Shown here: in pieces, positions 29,849 through 39,345 of the stretch | Layout: every line of letters begins with the position of its first letter | How positions within the stretch are numbered: position 1 is the stretch's first letter | Assembly: GCA_038883775.1 (NCBI GenBank) | Contig: JAVZLM010000002.1 | Location: forward strand, 32,001 to 96,000 | Source of the DNA: Candidatus Bathyarchaeia archaeon | GTDB lineage: Archaea; Thermoproteota; Bathyarchaeia; Bathyarchaeales; Bathycorpusculaceae | DNA: 64,000 bases | Reading direction: 5' to 3' | Translations under genes and position numbers: made by a program | The notes under the pieces: model-generated | Told to the model about the DNA's origin: nothing | The model's input: the letters and a program-made list of their open reading frames with translations, nothing else | Database searches by the model: none

Positions 29849-30880
29849 ATGTGGTATAACAATATGACGGATGTTATTCTAGAAAAACTTTATGCTCACA
29901 AGCAAAATTTGGAAACTCACTTTGAGAAAGCCTCAAAATTTTTGGTGAAATGTCAAATTATTGAACCTTACGTTGAAAAAGGAACCCTGCACGGTTGCAT
30001 TTGTCCTTGGGAAATTGGTGAATTCGCCGATGAGGGAGCTTTTCCGATATTAGAGGATTTCCATGATACCCTCGAAGCGATATGGGTTTGGTCCTACTAC
30101 ACGGAGGTTTCACGCAAACAAACTTTCAAACCCAACATAACGTGGGCATGGGAATACATAACCGAAAATTGGAAAAGATTCATAAAAGAAGAAAAAACGG
30201 ATGGAGGTTTATACGATTGCTCTTTTCTGTTGTTTAGTGGAGCTTTCTATGAAAAAGTCTTCAGCGATAATAAATATGAAGAACTGATTATAAAGGCGGG
30301 AAACCATTTAGAGAAATACCTCGAAAAGTTAGAATCCACAAAAGGCAGAGAATATCATGACCCCTTTTGGATGACATTTTGTTTAGGCTTGGTTGCAAAG
30401 CAATTAAAACAGGGAAAATGGTTCAGAACCGCAGAAACTTTTGTGAAAAATAAAATTGTTTCCACAGAAAAGCCCTTCTCAAACATCGAAAGGGAACCAC
30501 GCCATAAAGGACCAGGAAATCACGATTTCTTTTGCAAAAATGCAAACAAAGCTCTAGCACTCATAGTTTGTTTGGATCAAGAAGAGTTAACAAAACAAAT
30601 CCTTTTAAAGGAATTCTTGCCTTGTCTCCCGAAAAATTTTGTTTCACGGCATGTGGACGAAAACGCTTGGAATGCACATCTAGCCACTGCTATTGGTAAA
30701 GCCTATCTTCTTACAGGCAACACAGATTTTCTAAAGAGGTATTTTGCGATTATGGATGAGTTGAAAGTGAGAGATGTTCAAAAATCTGCTGCGCTCCCTC
30801 GTTCGCCGTCATTTTTACGTAGAGAATCTTGGGCTACTTTCTTTTATGCCCATGCTTACGCTTCAGTTTGCAATTATTAG
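29849..30880 (+). CDS. Hypothetical helical protein
   Basis: 343-aa ORF 9 nt after the M20 gene; DFHDTLEAIWVW; no family recognised. Confidence 0.6.
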   Translation: MWYNNMTDVILEKLYAHKQNLETHFEKASKFLVKCQIIEPYVEKGTLHGCICPWEIGEFADEGAFPILEDFHDTLEAIWVWSYYTEVSRKQTFKPNITWAWEYITENWKRFIKEEKTDGGLYDCSFLLFSGAFYEKVFSDNKYEELIIKAGNHLEKYLEKLESTKGREYHDPFWMTFCLGLVAKQLKQGKWFRTAETFVKNKIVSTEKPFSNIEREPRHKGPGNHDFFCKNANKALALIVCLDQEELTKQILLKEFLPCLPKNFVSRHVDENAWNAHLATAIGKAYLLTGNTDFLKRYFAIMDELKVRDVQKSAALPRSPSFLRRESWATFFYAHAYASVCNY

Positions 30881-31554
30881 GAGGCAATACACTCTTTCAT
30901 TAGGCTTCCGAGAAGCGTTTGTGGCAGTAAGACTGGCTTGTCGGTTAAGCGCTTAAATAGCTCTTTAACTTTTGGGGTGAACCCAATACAATCCAGAACA
31001 ATCAAATCAACATTATTTTTAGCCAAAAATTTGGCAGCCTCTTCAAAGGCCTTACTTTCGCCGTAAGGATTCGCATTAGTCATAACAATGGAGAAGCCCT
31101 TGCTTTCCCATTTTCTTTTAATTTTCGGTATCTGCTCCTTTTCTGGAACAACTATGCCAATCTTTCCGCCGCTTATGCATTTAACAATGTTGGAGATTAG
31201 TTTGTCTGGCATTAATAGAGGCCTTTTCGACTTTAAACTTGGAAATTCTCCAGTACACAAAAGCAAATTTAAATCAACACCCAAATCTTCAAGCTCTCTT
31301 ATGCATTTTTGAACTCTTGGAACAATGTGTTTTCTTGCCACCTTGACGGGTGTTCCATCACTTAATCGCGTAACCAACACATAATCTCGTGCTTTCGGAG
31401 CCAACTTTTCAATTTCCTTCTTTGTTAAGCCGTCTAAGGCTCCCTTCTCGATAAGCTCAACTTGTGAACTAAGCATATCTCTTAAAACCGGCGTTAGGTC
31501 TGTTCTGGGCGCTTGCCCAATGGTTATTAATCCTATCTTCAACTTTAACCACAC
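30877..31554 (-). CDS. AroM family protein
   Basis: TIGQAPRTD, GALDGL, LVTRL.DG, LCTGEF, LDCIGF. Confidence 0.88.
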   Translation of the reverse strand: MWLKLKIGLITIGQAPRTDLTPVLRDMLSSQVELIEKGALDGLTKKEIEKLAPKARDYVLVTRLSDGTPVKVARKHIVPRVQKCIRELEDLGVDLNLLLCTGEFPSLKSKRPLLMPDKLISNIVKCISGGKIGIVVPEKEQIPKIKRKWESKGFSIVMTNANPYGESKAFEEAAKFLAKNNVDLIVLDCIGFTPKVKELFKRLTDKPVLLPQTLLGSLMKECIAS

Positions 31555-31559
31555 ATAGT

Positions 31560-32036
31560 TTATGTTTTTATCAACGATTTCTCGTAATCTAAAACAACAT
31601 ATTTTTGCCCTTTTCTAATTACTTTATGTCCTTCCATTTCCAAAAGTTTCCTTTGTCCCTCAACTCCGCCTGGATATTTCTCGTTAATGACCCCTCCAGT
31701 TTTTAAAGTGCGCCAATAAGGCGTTATGTCCCTTTCGCCCTTTTGCCTTTTTTCTTCTGCAGCGTGTGCAGCCACCCATGCGAATATGCCAGTGGTTATG
31801 GGACAACCAATTGTTGCTTTATGTTTTTTTGCTAAGGCTTTTTGAATCTCGTTTATTGTTGTAAGCTTTCCATGCGGCACTTTCCTCATTATTTCGTCAA
31901 CTTCCATTGGCGCTGGAATAACCACAGTGCCTTCACCCCACCTCTTGCGCATTTTTCCACTAATCTCCTGCACTTTTGGCAACCCTTTGTCATTTTTCAA
32001 CTTTTCAGACCAAGATTTTCTCTTCGCCATAAACAT
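31560..32036 (-). CDS. MGMT/alkyltransferase-like DNA-binding protein
   Basis: VPHGKLTT, CPITTGIF, PYWR, KYPGG..Q..LLE.EG. Confidence 0.8.
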   Translation of the reverse strand: MFMAKRKSWSEKLKNDKGLPKVQEISGKMRKRWGEGTVVIPAPMEVDEIMRKVPHGKLTTINEIQKALAKKHKATIGCPITTGIFAWVAAHAAEEKRQKGERDITPYWRTLKTGGVINEKYPGGVEGQRKLLEMEGHKVIRKGQKYVVLDYEKSLIKT

Positions 32037-32145
32037 CCCAAATCCTAACCCTTAATTGAGCAGCAGACAAATATATATCTATAATAATGGTTTCAATATG
32101 TACTTTTCACACCTGAAAAATGTAAAGTAAAAGAGGAGTTTAACG

Positions 32146-33471
32146 TTAAAGAATTGTCAAAGGATCACGTATCGAATATTTTAACACTTTTCTCGTCTTT
32201 CTCAAATCTACCAGCGCAACAGCAAGAGCAACCAAACCCAGCAATGCGGCGACTATCAAAAACTGTAAGGGTGGAGCTAACTCCGATATTGGCGGTGGGG
32301 TCCCTGAAGTTGGCGCCCCGCTCAGATAAGCAACATACGTTGGATCATGTTTAAGGCTACACCCGTCCCATACAGGGTAGCAAACTCTGTAGAGAAAAGA
32401 GGATACGTTATAATCCAGGGTGATTGCTGTTTGCATACTACTTATTCTTGGAAATAGGTCAGATAAAACCTCTTCAAGATTAGAGAGCAACCACTCAATG
32501 GACATTCGTATGCCGCTCGAAACGCTTGTTCTCGCTACCGCAGCGGATTGTGACTCACGGCTTTCTTGTTGCGAATCCTTGAAAAGCGTGTAATTTTGTC
32601 CAAACACGAACTCATATACTTTAGCATCTTCTACCCTAATCTCGCCAACTTCGGTTGGCTCTGGTGAAGCTGCAGCAGTGGTGGAATTGTATGGTTTTCC
32701 ATTAACAAGTGTAGTGTATGACTTAGATGTGATAATAGTAGTTCCATAGAAAAGCGCGAGACTTAAACCATCTAACGTCACGTTGGTTCCCACAAACGAA
32801 GTAATCTCCAAAGGTTCCCCGACGCTAAAGTTTGTTTTCAAGTAAGAAACGTTATTTTGAATGTAGAAGTCATATGAAAATTCCATGTAACTAATCATAA
32901 CTCGTGCAGCTGGGGATTCATTCTCGAAAAGCAAAAAACCATCAATCGTTTCATAACGAATGCCCCATATGTAATGAGGTAAATCATTTATCATAGATTT
33001 TTCAATCGGCGTTATCACAAAACTCTCAGAACTGTTCACGACAAAATAATACACTATTTCGCTGGATTCCATAATAAAGTCCGCGTCGGGTACACCATTT
33101 TCATTTGTGTCATTATAAACTTCCATTGCAGATAAAGTGTTTCCAACGAATATTTCTGTGTCATTCTCAACATAGAAATGTTGACCCAAAAATGTTACGA
33201 CTGGCGGGTTCAAAATATAGGATTGATAGGCTAAGTAAATGATTTGAGTGCCGCTTGTGTTCACCCACGCATACCAAAGACTAAGACCTTGAAGCGGAGA
33301 GCCTATGCTTCCATTTGAATATTCTCCACTCACATCTATACTGGTGCCTTCTGATTCGAAGGCGCTCCTCACTACTGTTAAAAACGGTTTTGAAATCTGC
33401 CCAGAGGCTGTTAAGGTTATGATAAGTAATCCCATCATAATGACTGATGAAAAGCTTCTTCTCAATTTCAT
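32146..33471 (-). CDS. Secreted, C-terminally anchored surface protein
   Basis: Signal peptide, NDTNENGVPD loop, YPVWDG..LKHDP, Pro-rich linker + TM + basic tail. Confidence 0.7.
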   Translation of the reverse strand: MKLRRSFSSVIMMGLLIITLTASGQISKPFLTVVRSAFESEGTSIDVSGEYSNGSIGSPLQGLSLWYAWVNTSGTQIIYLAYQSYILNPPVVTFLGQHFYVENDTEIFVGNTLSAMEVYNDTNENGVPDADFIMESSEIVYYFVVNSSESFVITPIEKSMINDLPHYIWGIRYETIDGFLLFENESPAARVMISYMEFSYDFYIQNNVSYLKTNFSVGEPLEITSFVGTNVTLDGLSLALFYGTTIITSKSYTTLVNGKPYNSTTAAASPEPTEVGEIRVEDAKVYEFVFGQNYTLFKDSQQESRESQSAAVARTSVSSGIRMSIEWLLSNLEEVLSDLFPRISSMQTAITLDYNVSSFLYRVCYPVWDGCSLKHDPTYVAYLSGAPTSGTPPPISELAPPLQFLIVAALLGLVALAVALVDLRKTRKVLKYSIRDPLTIL

Positions 33472-33514
33472 TCACCATCTATTAAACCCTTATTGAGAGA
33501 TTTTAATCTACACA

Positions 33515-33523
33515 TTCGAACAT
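33515..33523 (-). promoter_or_regulatory. Candidate operator (TTCGAACAT on + strand) upstream of 32146-33471
   Basis: Identical 9-mer at 34073-34081; lies just upstream of a minus-strand TATA-like element. Confidence 0.45.
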
Positions 33524-33534
33524 TTTCAAAATTA

Positions 33535-33990
33535 TCAAACACGCTCTTTGAAAGAGGGTAAACTCCGCCACAATTTAACCGCTTCATACCAGAATATTCC
33601 AGATGCCACAATTCCAGGAGTTAAGGCAAGAACAACAGTTAATGTAAGGCTGTTCCAAAAAAGTGCCAAAAAGAATGTGGACATCATTGTTGTCGCTACT
33701 GCGTAGATGAATTGTTTCGGAAATACAAAACCGAAAATGATGAGGAAAGGGTTAATTAGTCCCACTTTCGCCGCCTCGTTGATCTTGTAATTGCCATAAG
33801 AATCCTTTAATAGAACACCTTTATCTGCCAGTTTTTCTAGATGGTAATGAGCAGTGCTAGAGCTTGAAAAACCCAACGCCCTTTGAATTTCTCTAACGCC
33901 GCATCCTTGCCTCTTTTTTAGAAGATAAAAATATACAAGTAATGTGTTTCCTGAAATTTCTACTCGTTCTTTTTCATCGTTAAGAGACAA
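33535..33990 (-). CDS. Winged-helix regulator with two C-terminal TM helices
   Basis: GNTLLVYFYLL...GVREIQRALGFSSSSTAHYHLEKL..G...D.YG.Y, then hydrophobic helices. Confidence 0.85.
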   Translation of the reverse strand: MSLNDEKERVEISGNTLLVYFYLLKKRQGCGVREIQRALGFSSSSTAHYHLEKLADKGVLLKDSYGNYKINEAAKVGLINPFLIIFGFVFPKQFIYAVATTMMSTFFLALFWNSLTLTVVLALTPGIVASGIFWYEAVKLWRSLPSFKERV

Positions 33991-34051
33991 GCATGCATAC
34001 CCTCAGTGCTAACACTAATTTCTTATCTAACTAGTCTAATTAAACCATACC

Positions 34052-34081
34052 GTCGAACATTAGTTCGAAAACTTCGAACAT
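34052..34081. promoter_or_regulatory. Triple TCGAA array in the divergent wHTH/rpl14e intergenic region
   Basis: GTCGAACAT-TAG-TTCGAAA-AC-TTCGAACAT. Confidence 0.5.
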
Positions 34082-34156
34082 GCTTTAACTCATGGAGTAA
34101 CCAATAAATATATGTCTATAACGGTTTCTTATACGCATGCTAAGGAGGCTTTGAGG

Positions 34157-34447
34157 GTGCCAGCAATAGAAGTTGGCAGAATCTGCGTTAAACTGAGTGG
34201 GCGAGAGGCTGGAAGAAAATGCGTCATAGTTGATATTATCGATAAAAGCTTCGTATTAATAACTGGACCAAAAAATCTTACTGGCGTGAAGAGACGGCGG
34301 GCTAACATCAACCACATTGAACCCCTTCAAGAAAAAATAGCCATTAAGCGTGGAGCTTCAGACGAAGAAGTAACGGAAGCCCTAAAAGCTGCTGGCAAGC
34401 TAGAAGAGATGGCGCAGATGGTTAAGCCAGCCATTGGCACAGTTTAA
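34157..34447 (+). CDS. rpl14e: 50S ribosomal protein L14e
   Basis: [35 protein letters not shown]...GVKRRR.N..H.EP; GTG start after GGAGG. Confidence 0.95.
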   Translation: MPAIEVGRICVKLSGREAGRKCVIVDIIDKSFVLITGPKNLTGVKRRRANINHIEPLQEKIAIKRGASDEEVTEALKAAGKLEEMAQMVKPAIGTV

Positions 34448-34502
34448 GCCTATTATACCCCTAAGCCTTTTCTCTACATTATTAGGAGTGTAGCATAAGC
34501 CT

Positions 34503-35533
34503 ATGCCAAGAACCGTTGCTCCTTGGGAAATTACACGCCAACTGTTAGTGAAGGCTGAGGATAAAACAAATCCACACTACGGGCACAAACCAGAAGAGAG
34601 ACCAGCAGAAGAGTACATAAAATATGGCGTCATAAACCTTGACAAGCCAGCGGGTCCAACAAGCCATGAAGTTGCTGCTTGGGTTAAACGCATCCTCAAC
34701 CTTCAAAGCGTTGGTCACGGCGGGACTCTAGAGGTTTAAAAGGCTTAAACCAGAGAAATCCCAAAGTGACCGGCGTCTTACCCATAACCATAGAAGAATC
34801 CAGAAAAGTCGTTCAAGCCTTACTCTATAGTGGCAAAGAATACGTTTGCCTAATGAAACTTCATGGAGACGTGACGGAGCAGAGGGTTAAAGAGGTCTTA
34901 AGCGAGTTTGAGGACACAATTTATCAGAGGCCACCCTTAAGGGCTTCTGTTAAACGTCAACTGAGAACGCGGAAAATCTATTACATAGACTTTCTTGAAA
35001 TGGATGGACGCAATGTCCTCTTCAAAGTTGGCTGCGAAGGAGGAACATACATAAGGAAACTGTGCTTTGACATAGGAGAAGTTTTGGGATGCGGGGCCCA
35101 CATGCAAGAACTCCGCAGAACAAGGGCTGGACCCTTCACTGAAAATGGGGATATTGTAACATTGCATGATGTGGCTTACTGGTTTATGGAATGGCAAAAA
35201 CAAAAAGACGAGCGGCTCCTGCGCAAATTTATCCAACCTATGGAGAAGGCTTTAGCGCTGATTCCAAAAATTTATGTTAGAGATTCGGCTGTTGACGCCA
35301 TCTGCCACGGAGCAAGCCTAACAGCGCCTGGAGTTTTATCCCTCGAAACTGGAATAAACAAAGATTCCATTGTTGCCATCCTCACCTTAAAGGGCGAAGC
35401 AGTCGCCCTCGCTAAAGCCACAACCTCAACAGAAGAAATCTTCAAAATGGAGCATGGAGTTGTCGCCAAAACTGAAAGAGTATTAATGAAGAGAGGCACA
35501 TATCCAAAATGCTGGAAAAGCGGCGAAATATAA
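34503..35533 (+). CDS. cbf5: H/ACA RNA-guided pseudouridine synthase Cbf5, join(34503..34731,34758..35533), 334 aa after splicing
   Basis: Exon 1 LDKPAGPTSHEV..GHGGTL; exon 2 PKVTGVLP, QRPP..ASVKR, GTYIRKLC, PUA domain; intron removal restores GHGGTLDPKVTG. Confidence 0.95.
34732..34757 (+). other. 26-nt BHB intron in cbf5 pre-mRNA
   Basis: GGGA CTCT AGA GGTTTAA AAGGC TTAAACC AGAG AAA TCCC folds into helix/3-nt bulge/4-bp helix/3-nt bulge/helix. Confidence 0.93.
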
Positions 35534-36145
35534 ATGCAAAAGAAAAGCGTAAACCACTATTTCCAAGAACACCCAAAATCTAAGCTTAAGCTTGGAAAAA
35601 TTTGCACAAACCTCCGCGGAATCCCTTTCCAATTTCTAACAGCCTCAGGAGTTTTTTCCAAAAAGCGTGTGGATTTGGGCACAAGATTGCTCATCGAATC
35701 CATGATTCTCCCCGAAAAAGGATATGTTTTAGATATTGGGTGCGGTTATGGTGCTGTTGGAATTGCAGCGGCAATTTTCAGCCCTCACCTTAAAGTGTTT
35801 ATGGTGGATGTAAACGAACGTGCCGTATGGCTTGCAAAACAAAATATAAAAATAAACAATGCCAAAAATGCAGAGGTTAAACAAAGTAACCTATATGAGT
35901 CTGTGAAAAATTTAACTTTCGACTGTATACTTTCTAACCCTCCAGTAAGCGCTGGAATGAAAACCGTCAAAGCGATAATTGGCGAAGCGCCCAAACACAT
36001 GGCACAAAAAGCTCTATTTCAAATAGTGGTGAAATCCAAAATTGGAGGGAAAAATTTCCAAAATTTCCTATATGAAACATTTGGTAACGTCAACATACTT
36101 GCCAGAAAAAGTGGTTATCGCGTATTTATTTCTGAAAAAAGGTAA
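35534..36145 (+). CDS. Class I SAM-dependent methyltransferase (RsmC-like)
   Basis: HYF, SGVFS..VD.GT.LL, LDIGCGYG, SNPP. Confidence 0.9.
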   Translation: MQKKSVNHYFQEHPKSKLKLGKICTNLRGIPFQFLTASGVFSKKRVDLGTRLLIESMILPEKGYVLDIGCGYGAVGIAAAIFSPHLKVFMVDVNERAVWLAKQNIKINNAKNAEVKQSNLYESVKNLTFDCILSNPPVSAGMKTVKAIIGEAPKHMAQKALFQIVVKSKIGGKNFQNFLYETFGNVNILARKSGYRVFISEKR

Positions 36146-36217
36146 CACAGCCAAGTTCAAGGAAATGTCTCAATAACGCTTCATGCATAGCAATTTATAT
36201 TAGCAACATCCTTTGTC

Positions 36218-37672
36218 ATGCTTATATTCTGGGTGTTTAATATGGCTAGCAAAGCAAAAGAAAAAGCTTTAGAATGGATTTCTAAAAACGAATCTCGAAT
36301 AACTGAAATCAGCGACAAAATTTGGGAATGGGCAGAACTCGGCCTCATAGAATTTAAATCCTCCGCTTTACTCGCAGACGAGTTAGAAAAGGCTGGCTTT
36401 AAAGTACAACGTGGAATAGCAGGAATGCCAACAGCCTTTGTTGCAAGCTACGGCTCAGGCAAACCAGCAATAGGCATTTTGGGCGAATACGACGCCCTTC
36501 CAGGGCTATCACAGAAGCCTATTCCTAAAAAGGAACCGTTAGTTCCAGGAGCTCCAGGTCATGGGTGTGGTCATAACATTTACGGTGCATCAGGTATAGC
36601 TGCGGCTATAGCAGTTAAAACGGCCATGGAGGCTACTGGACTTAAGGGTACAGTCAAATTTTTTGGATGCCCAGCAGAAGAAAATTTCAGCGGAAAAGCT
36701 TTCATGGTTCGAGATGGATTTTTCAACGGACTTGACGCCGTGTTTGGTCATCATCCCGGTGGAATGAACGCAGTAACTTTGAAGAGCTGTCTGGCTATCA
36801 ACTCAGCCAAGTTTAAATTTTACGGTGAGGCTGCTCACGCTGCGGGTTCTCCAGAACATGGTCGCAGCGCCTTGGACGCTGTTGAACTGATGAATGTGGG
36901 AGTGAACTATTTGCGAGAGCATGTCATACAAGAAGCTCGAATTCACTATGTAATTGATTCTGGCGGCGGTCAACCAAATGTGGTTCCAGCATTTGCCCGG
37001 TCATGGTATTACGTAAGAGCGCCAGAAAGGGAACAAGTCGAATCGATCTATAAGCGTATTCTTGATATAGCTAAAGGCGCAGCACTTATGACAGGGACCA
37101 CCTATGAAGTAGAGTTTCTAGAAGGACTTTACAATATCATACCCAACCGCCCACTAGCTGAGTTAGTGGTTAAGAATATGCGGGAAATAGGCACGCCCAA
37201 ATATACGGAAGAAGAACTAAGATTTGCACGGGAGATGGCGAAAACAATTTCTCCAGAAGAGAAAAGGGAACAGCTTCGAAAATCTAAGAGGCCTGGTTGG
37301 GAAAAACTTCTGGACGTTATCTTAGATGAAAGCGTGCCTGACCCTTGGGGAGAAGGAGAAGTAAGCCCTGGTTCAACAGATGTGGCTGAAGTTAGCTGGC
37401 AAGTGCCAACGGTAGAGTTTTCAACTGCTGCGTGTATGTTAGGTACGCCTGGGCACTCATGGCAATTTGCAGCTTTTTGTGGAATGAGTATAGGCCATAA
37501 ATCGCTGATTTTTGCGTCAAAAACCATCGCTGCTTCCGTTATCGATTTATTAGAAAATCCAAAATTACTAAAAGAAGCCAAAGAAGACTTCACAAAAAGA
37601 CTTCAGGGTCGTGTTTACAAGTCACCGCTACCGCCAGACGCAAAACCACCATTAGACATATGGAAAAAATGA
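36218..37672 (+). CDS. abgB: M20 amidohydrolase, p-aminobenzoyl-glutamate hydrolase subunit B-like
   Basis: GEYDALPGLSQ, GHGCGHN, GCPAEE, GRSALDAVELMN..VNYLREH, GSTDV, HSWQ; likely start 36242. Confidence 0.85.
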   Translation: MLIFWVFNMASKAKEKALEWISKNESRITEISDKIWEWAELGLIEFKSSALLADELEKAGFKVQRGIAGMPTAFVASYGSGKPAIGILGEYDALPGLSQKPIPKKEPLVPGAPGHGCGHNIYGASGIAAAIAVKTAMEATGLKGTVKFFGCPAEENFSGKAFMVRDGFFNGLDAVFGHHPGGMNAVTLKSCLAINSAKFKFYGEAAHAAGSPEHGRSALDAVELMNVGVNYLREHVIQEARIHYVIDSGGGQPNVVPAFARSWYYVRAPEREQVESIYKRILDIAKGAALMTGTTYEVEFLEGLYNIIPNRPLAELVVKNMREIGTPKYTEEELRFAREMAKTISPEEKREQLRKSKRPGWEKLLDVILDESVPDPWGEGEVSPGSTDVAEVSWQVPTVEFSTAACMLGTPGHSWQFAAFCGMSIGHKSLIFASKTIAASVIDLLENPKLLKEAKEDFTKRLQGRVYKSPLPPDAKPPLDIWKK

Positions 37673-37788
37673 ACAACAAATATCATAATTCACTTATTTT
37701 TTATTCTCTGTTTTATAAAAAGCGACTTAGTATTAACGAAAGCTTACTTATATTTAAATTGTTAGGGATGTGGCGAAGAAAGGCAATT

Positions 37789-38013
37789 CTAATCGGTGGT
37801 TAATTTTTCACGGTTCTCTGCACTATTTGAATTATAGCTAAAGACGTCGGAAGACCCCCAACAAAGCCTATGGCGAATCAAAAGCCACTTTTCAAAGTAG
37901 AAGCCTCTCAAATTTATTATGCTAATGACTAAAGATTGGGAAAAGGACATGCCCAACGACATGAAAACTCCAAACAAAACCGTCGCATACTTCTTATTAA
38001 CCATCAACGACAT
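37789..38013 (-). pseudogene. DUF2798-like small membrane protein, frameshifted
   Basis: LFGVFMSLGMSF..S.....IN..KWL continues in another frame as FAIGFVGGLPTSLAIIQIVQRTV. Confidence 0.6.
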
Positions 38014-38073
38014 TCACCATCATAATTATAAATATCGAAGTTTAAAATAGTAACCGCCCTAATTTGTTTATTT

Positions 38074-39081
38074 TCATGCTAAGAAAATTGTTTGAGCTAT
38101 GAAGCTTATTGCAGCGATTATTAACATTAAGATGCTTAATGGTTTAGTAATCCTTTGGTGCGCCCTACTCATAAAAAGCAAAAGAACCGTAACAAGCACC
38201 ATGAACGGCACCGTTGTGAGGATTTCTGGAAGCGCAACATCAAAGGAATGTCCCCTAAGCGGAACTATTATGGCAACTAAACCGAAAACCAAAGTTATAG
38301 TGATAATGTTGTCTCCAATAACGTTGCCAATAGAAATTTCTTGTTCCCCTTGTAAAGCAGCGAATATGGAAACCGCGGCTTCCGGAATTATGCATCCCAC
38401 GGCGGTTATTGTGAGCCCCACATAAAACTCCTTTAAACCAAAAACTTCGCTTATGAGTAAAGCGCTGCGGACAAGCAATACGGTGCCGCTTAAAAGGACA
38501 GCGCCACCAAAAATCATGTAAACCAAAGCCTTCTTTGGATTGCCATTTCCATTCCCTTCATGGTTGTTGTTTGACTTTCGAATCGAATAATAGATGAAAA
38601 GTGGATAAGCAAATAAGAAAATGAGACCCAACCACCATGTGACTTGACCAGTTAAGATTATAATTAATGCAAAAAGCGAACTTAAAATAATTATAAAAGC
38701 GCTTTCAGTCACAACCGAAGAATTTTTCATCTTAAACTCTCTTATTAAACCGCATAACCCAATAATTAATGGCACATTGTAAATATTCGAGCCTATGAGG
38801 TTTCCAAGCGCCAAATGTGAGGATTCCCAAAAAACAGCTACAAGTGAACTCATCAACTCAGGCAATGCAGTAATAGACGCAACAACAACGGTTCCAGTAA
38901 CCACTTTATTGATATATAGGCTGTTAGCTAAGCAAACGGCTCCCTGCAACGTTTTCTTAGCGCCAACATATAGGAGCAACAAACTTATGATGAAGGCAAT
39001 GGCGCCTAAAATCAAAGGCTCCATGGGCGACCCATTTTCCCACGCACATTCAAAACCCAAAATATAAACCTTTTCAAGCAC
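38074..39081 (-). CDS. Ca2+/Na+ antiporter (YrbG/CaCA family)
   Basis: Alpha repeats TALPEL..GNLIGSNIYN and IPE...GNVIGDN. Confidence 0.88.
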   Translation of the reverse strand: MLEKVYILGFECAWENGSPMEPLILGAIAFIISLLLLYVGAKKTLQGAVCLANSLYINKVVTGTVVVASITALPELMSSLVAVFWESSHLALGNLIGSNIYNVPLIIGLCGLIREFKMKNSSVVTESAFIIILSSLFALIIILTGQVTWWLGLIFLFAYPLFIYYSIRKSNNNHEGNGNGNPKKALVYMIFGGAVLLSGTVLLVRSALLISEVFGLKEFYVGLTITAVGCIIPEAAVSIFAALQGEQEISIGNVIGDNIITITLVFGLVAIIVPLRGHSFDVALPEILTTVPFMVLVTVLLLFMSRAHQRITKPLSILMLIIAAISFIAQTIFLA

Positions 39082-39137
39082 AAATGCTTAGAAACCATAA
39101 TAAACCAAGAAACCAAATTAAACATGAAACAAAACAT

Positions 39138-39248
39138 GCCGGGGTCTCCTAGTCAGGTATGGAGCAGGCCTGGAGACAAAAAAGCGTTAAAACGCCATTC
39201 AGCCTGTGGCCCTTCGGGGCCGCGTGGGTTCAAATCCCACCCCCGGCG
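39138..39248 (+). tRNA. tRNA-Ser(GGA) with a 25-nt intron (39176-39200) at position 37/38
   Basis: GCCGGGG/CCCCGGC acceptor stem, CAGGC-CT-GGA-G^A-GCCTG, long variable arm GGCCC-TTCG-GGGCC, TTCAAAT, G discriminator. Confidence 0.92.
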
Positions 39249-39345
39249 TTTTCTTGATACTTTTTGGACTTTACACAGCAATGTTTTAATTATCAGTGTG
39301 CTTTCCCTTAGGAAATATGGCAAGATCGTATTCAAGGTGAATTGA

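Noticed and set aside
34503-35533. cbf5 as a frameshifted pseudogene or two-gene split
   Set aside because: The interruption is a perfect BHB whose standard cleavage restores both the frame and the catalytic Asp
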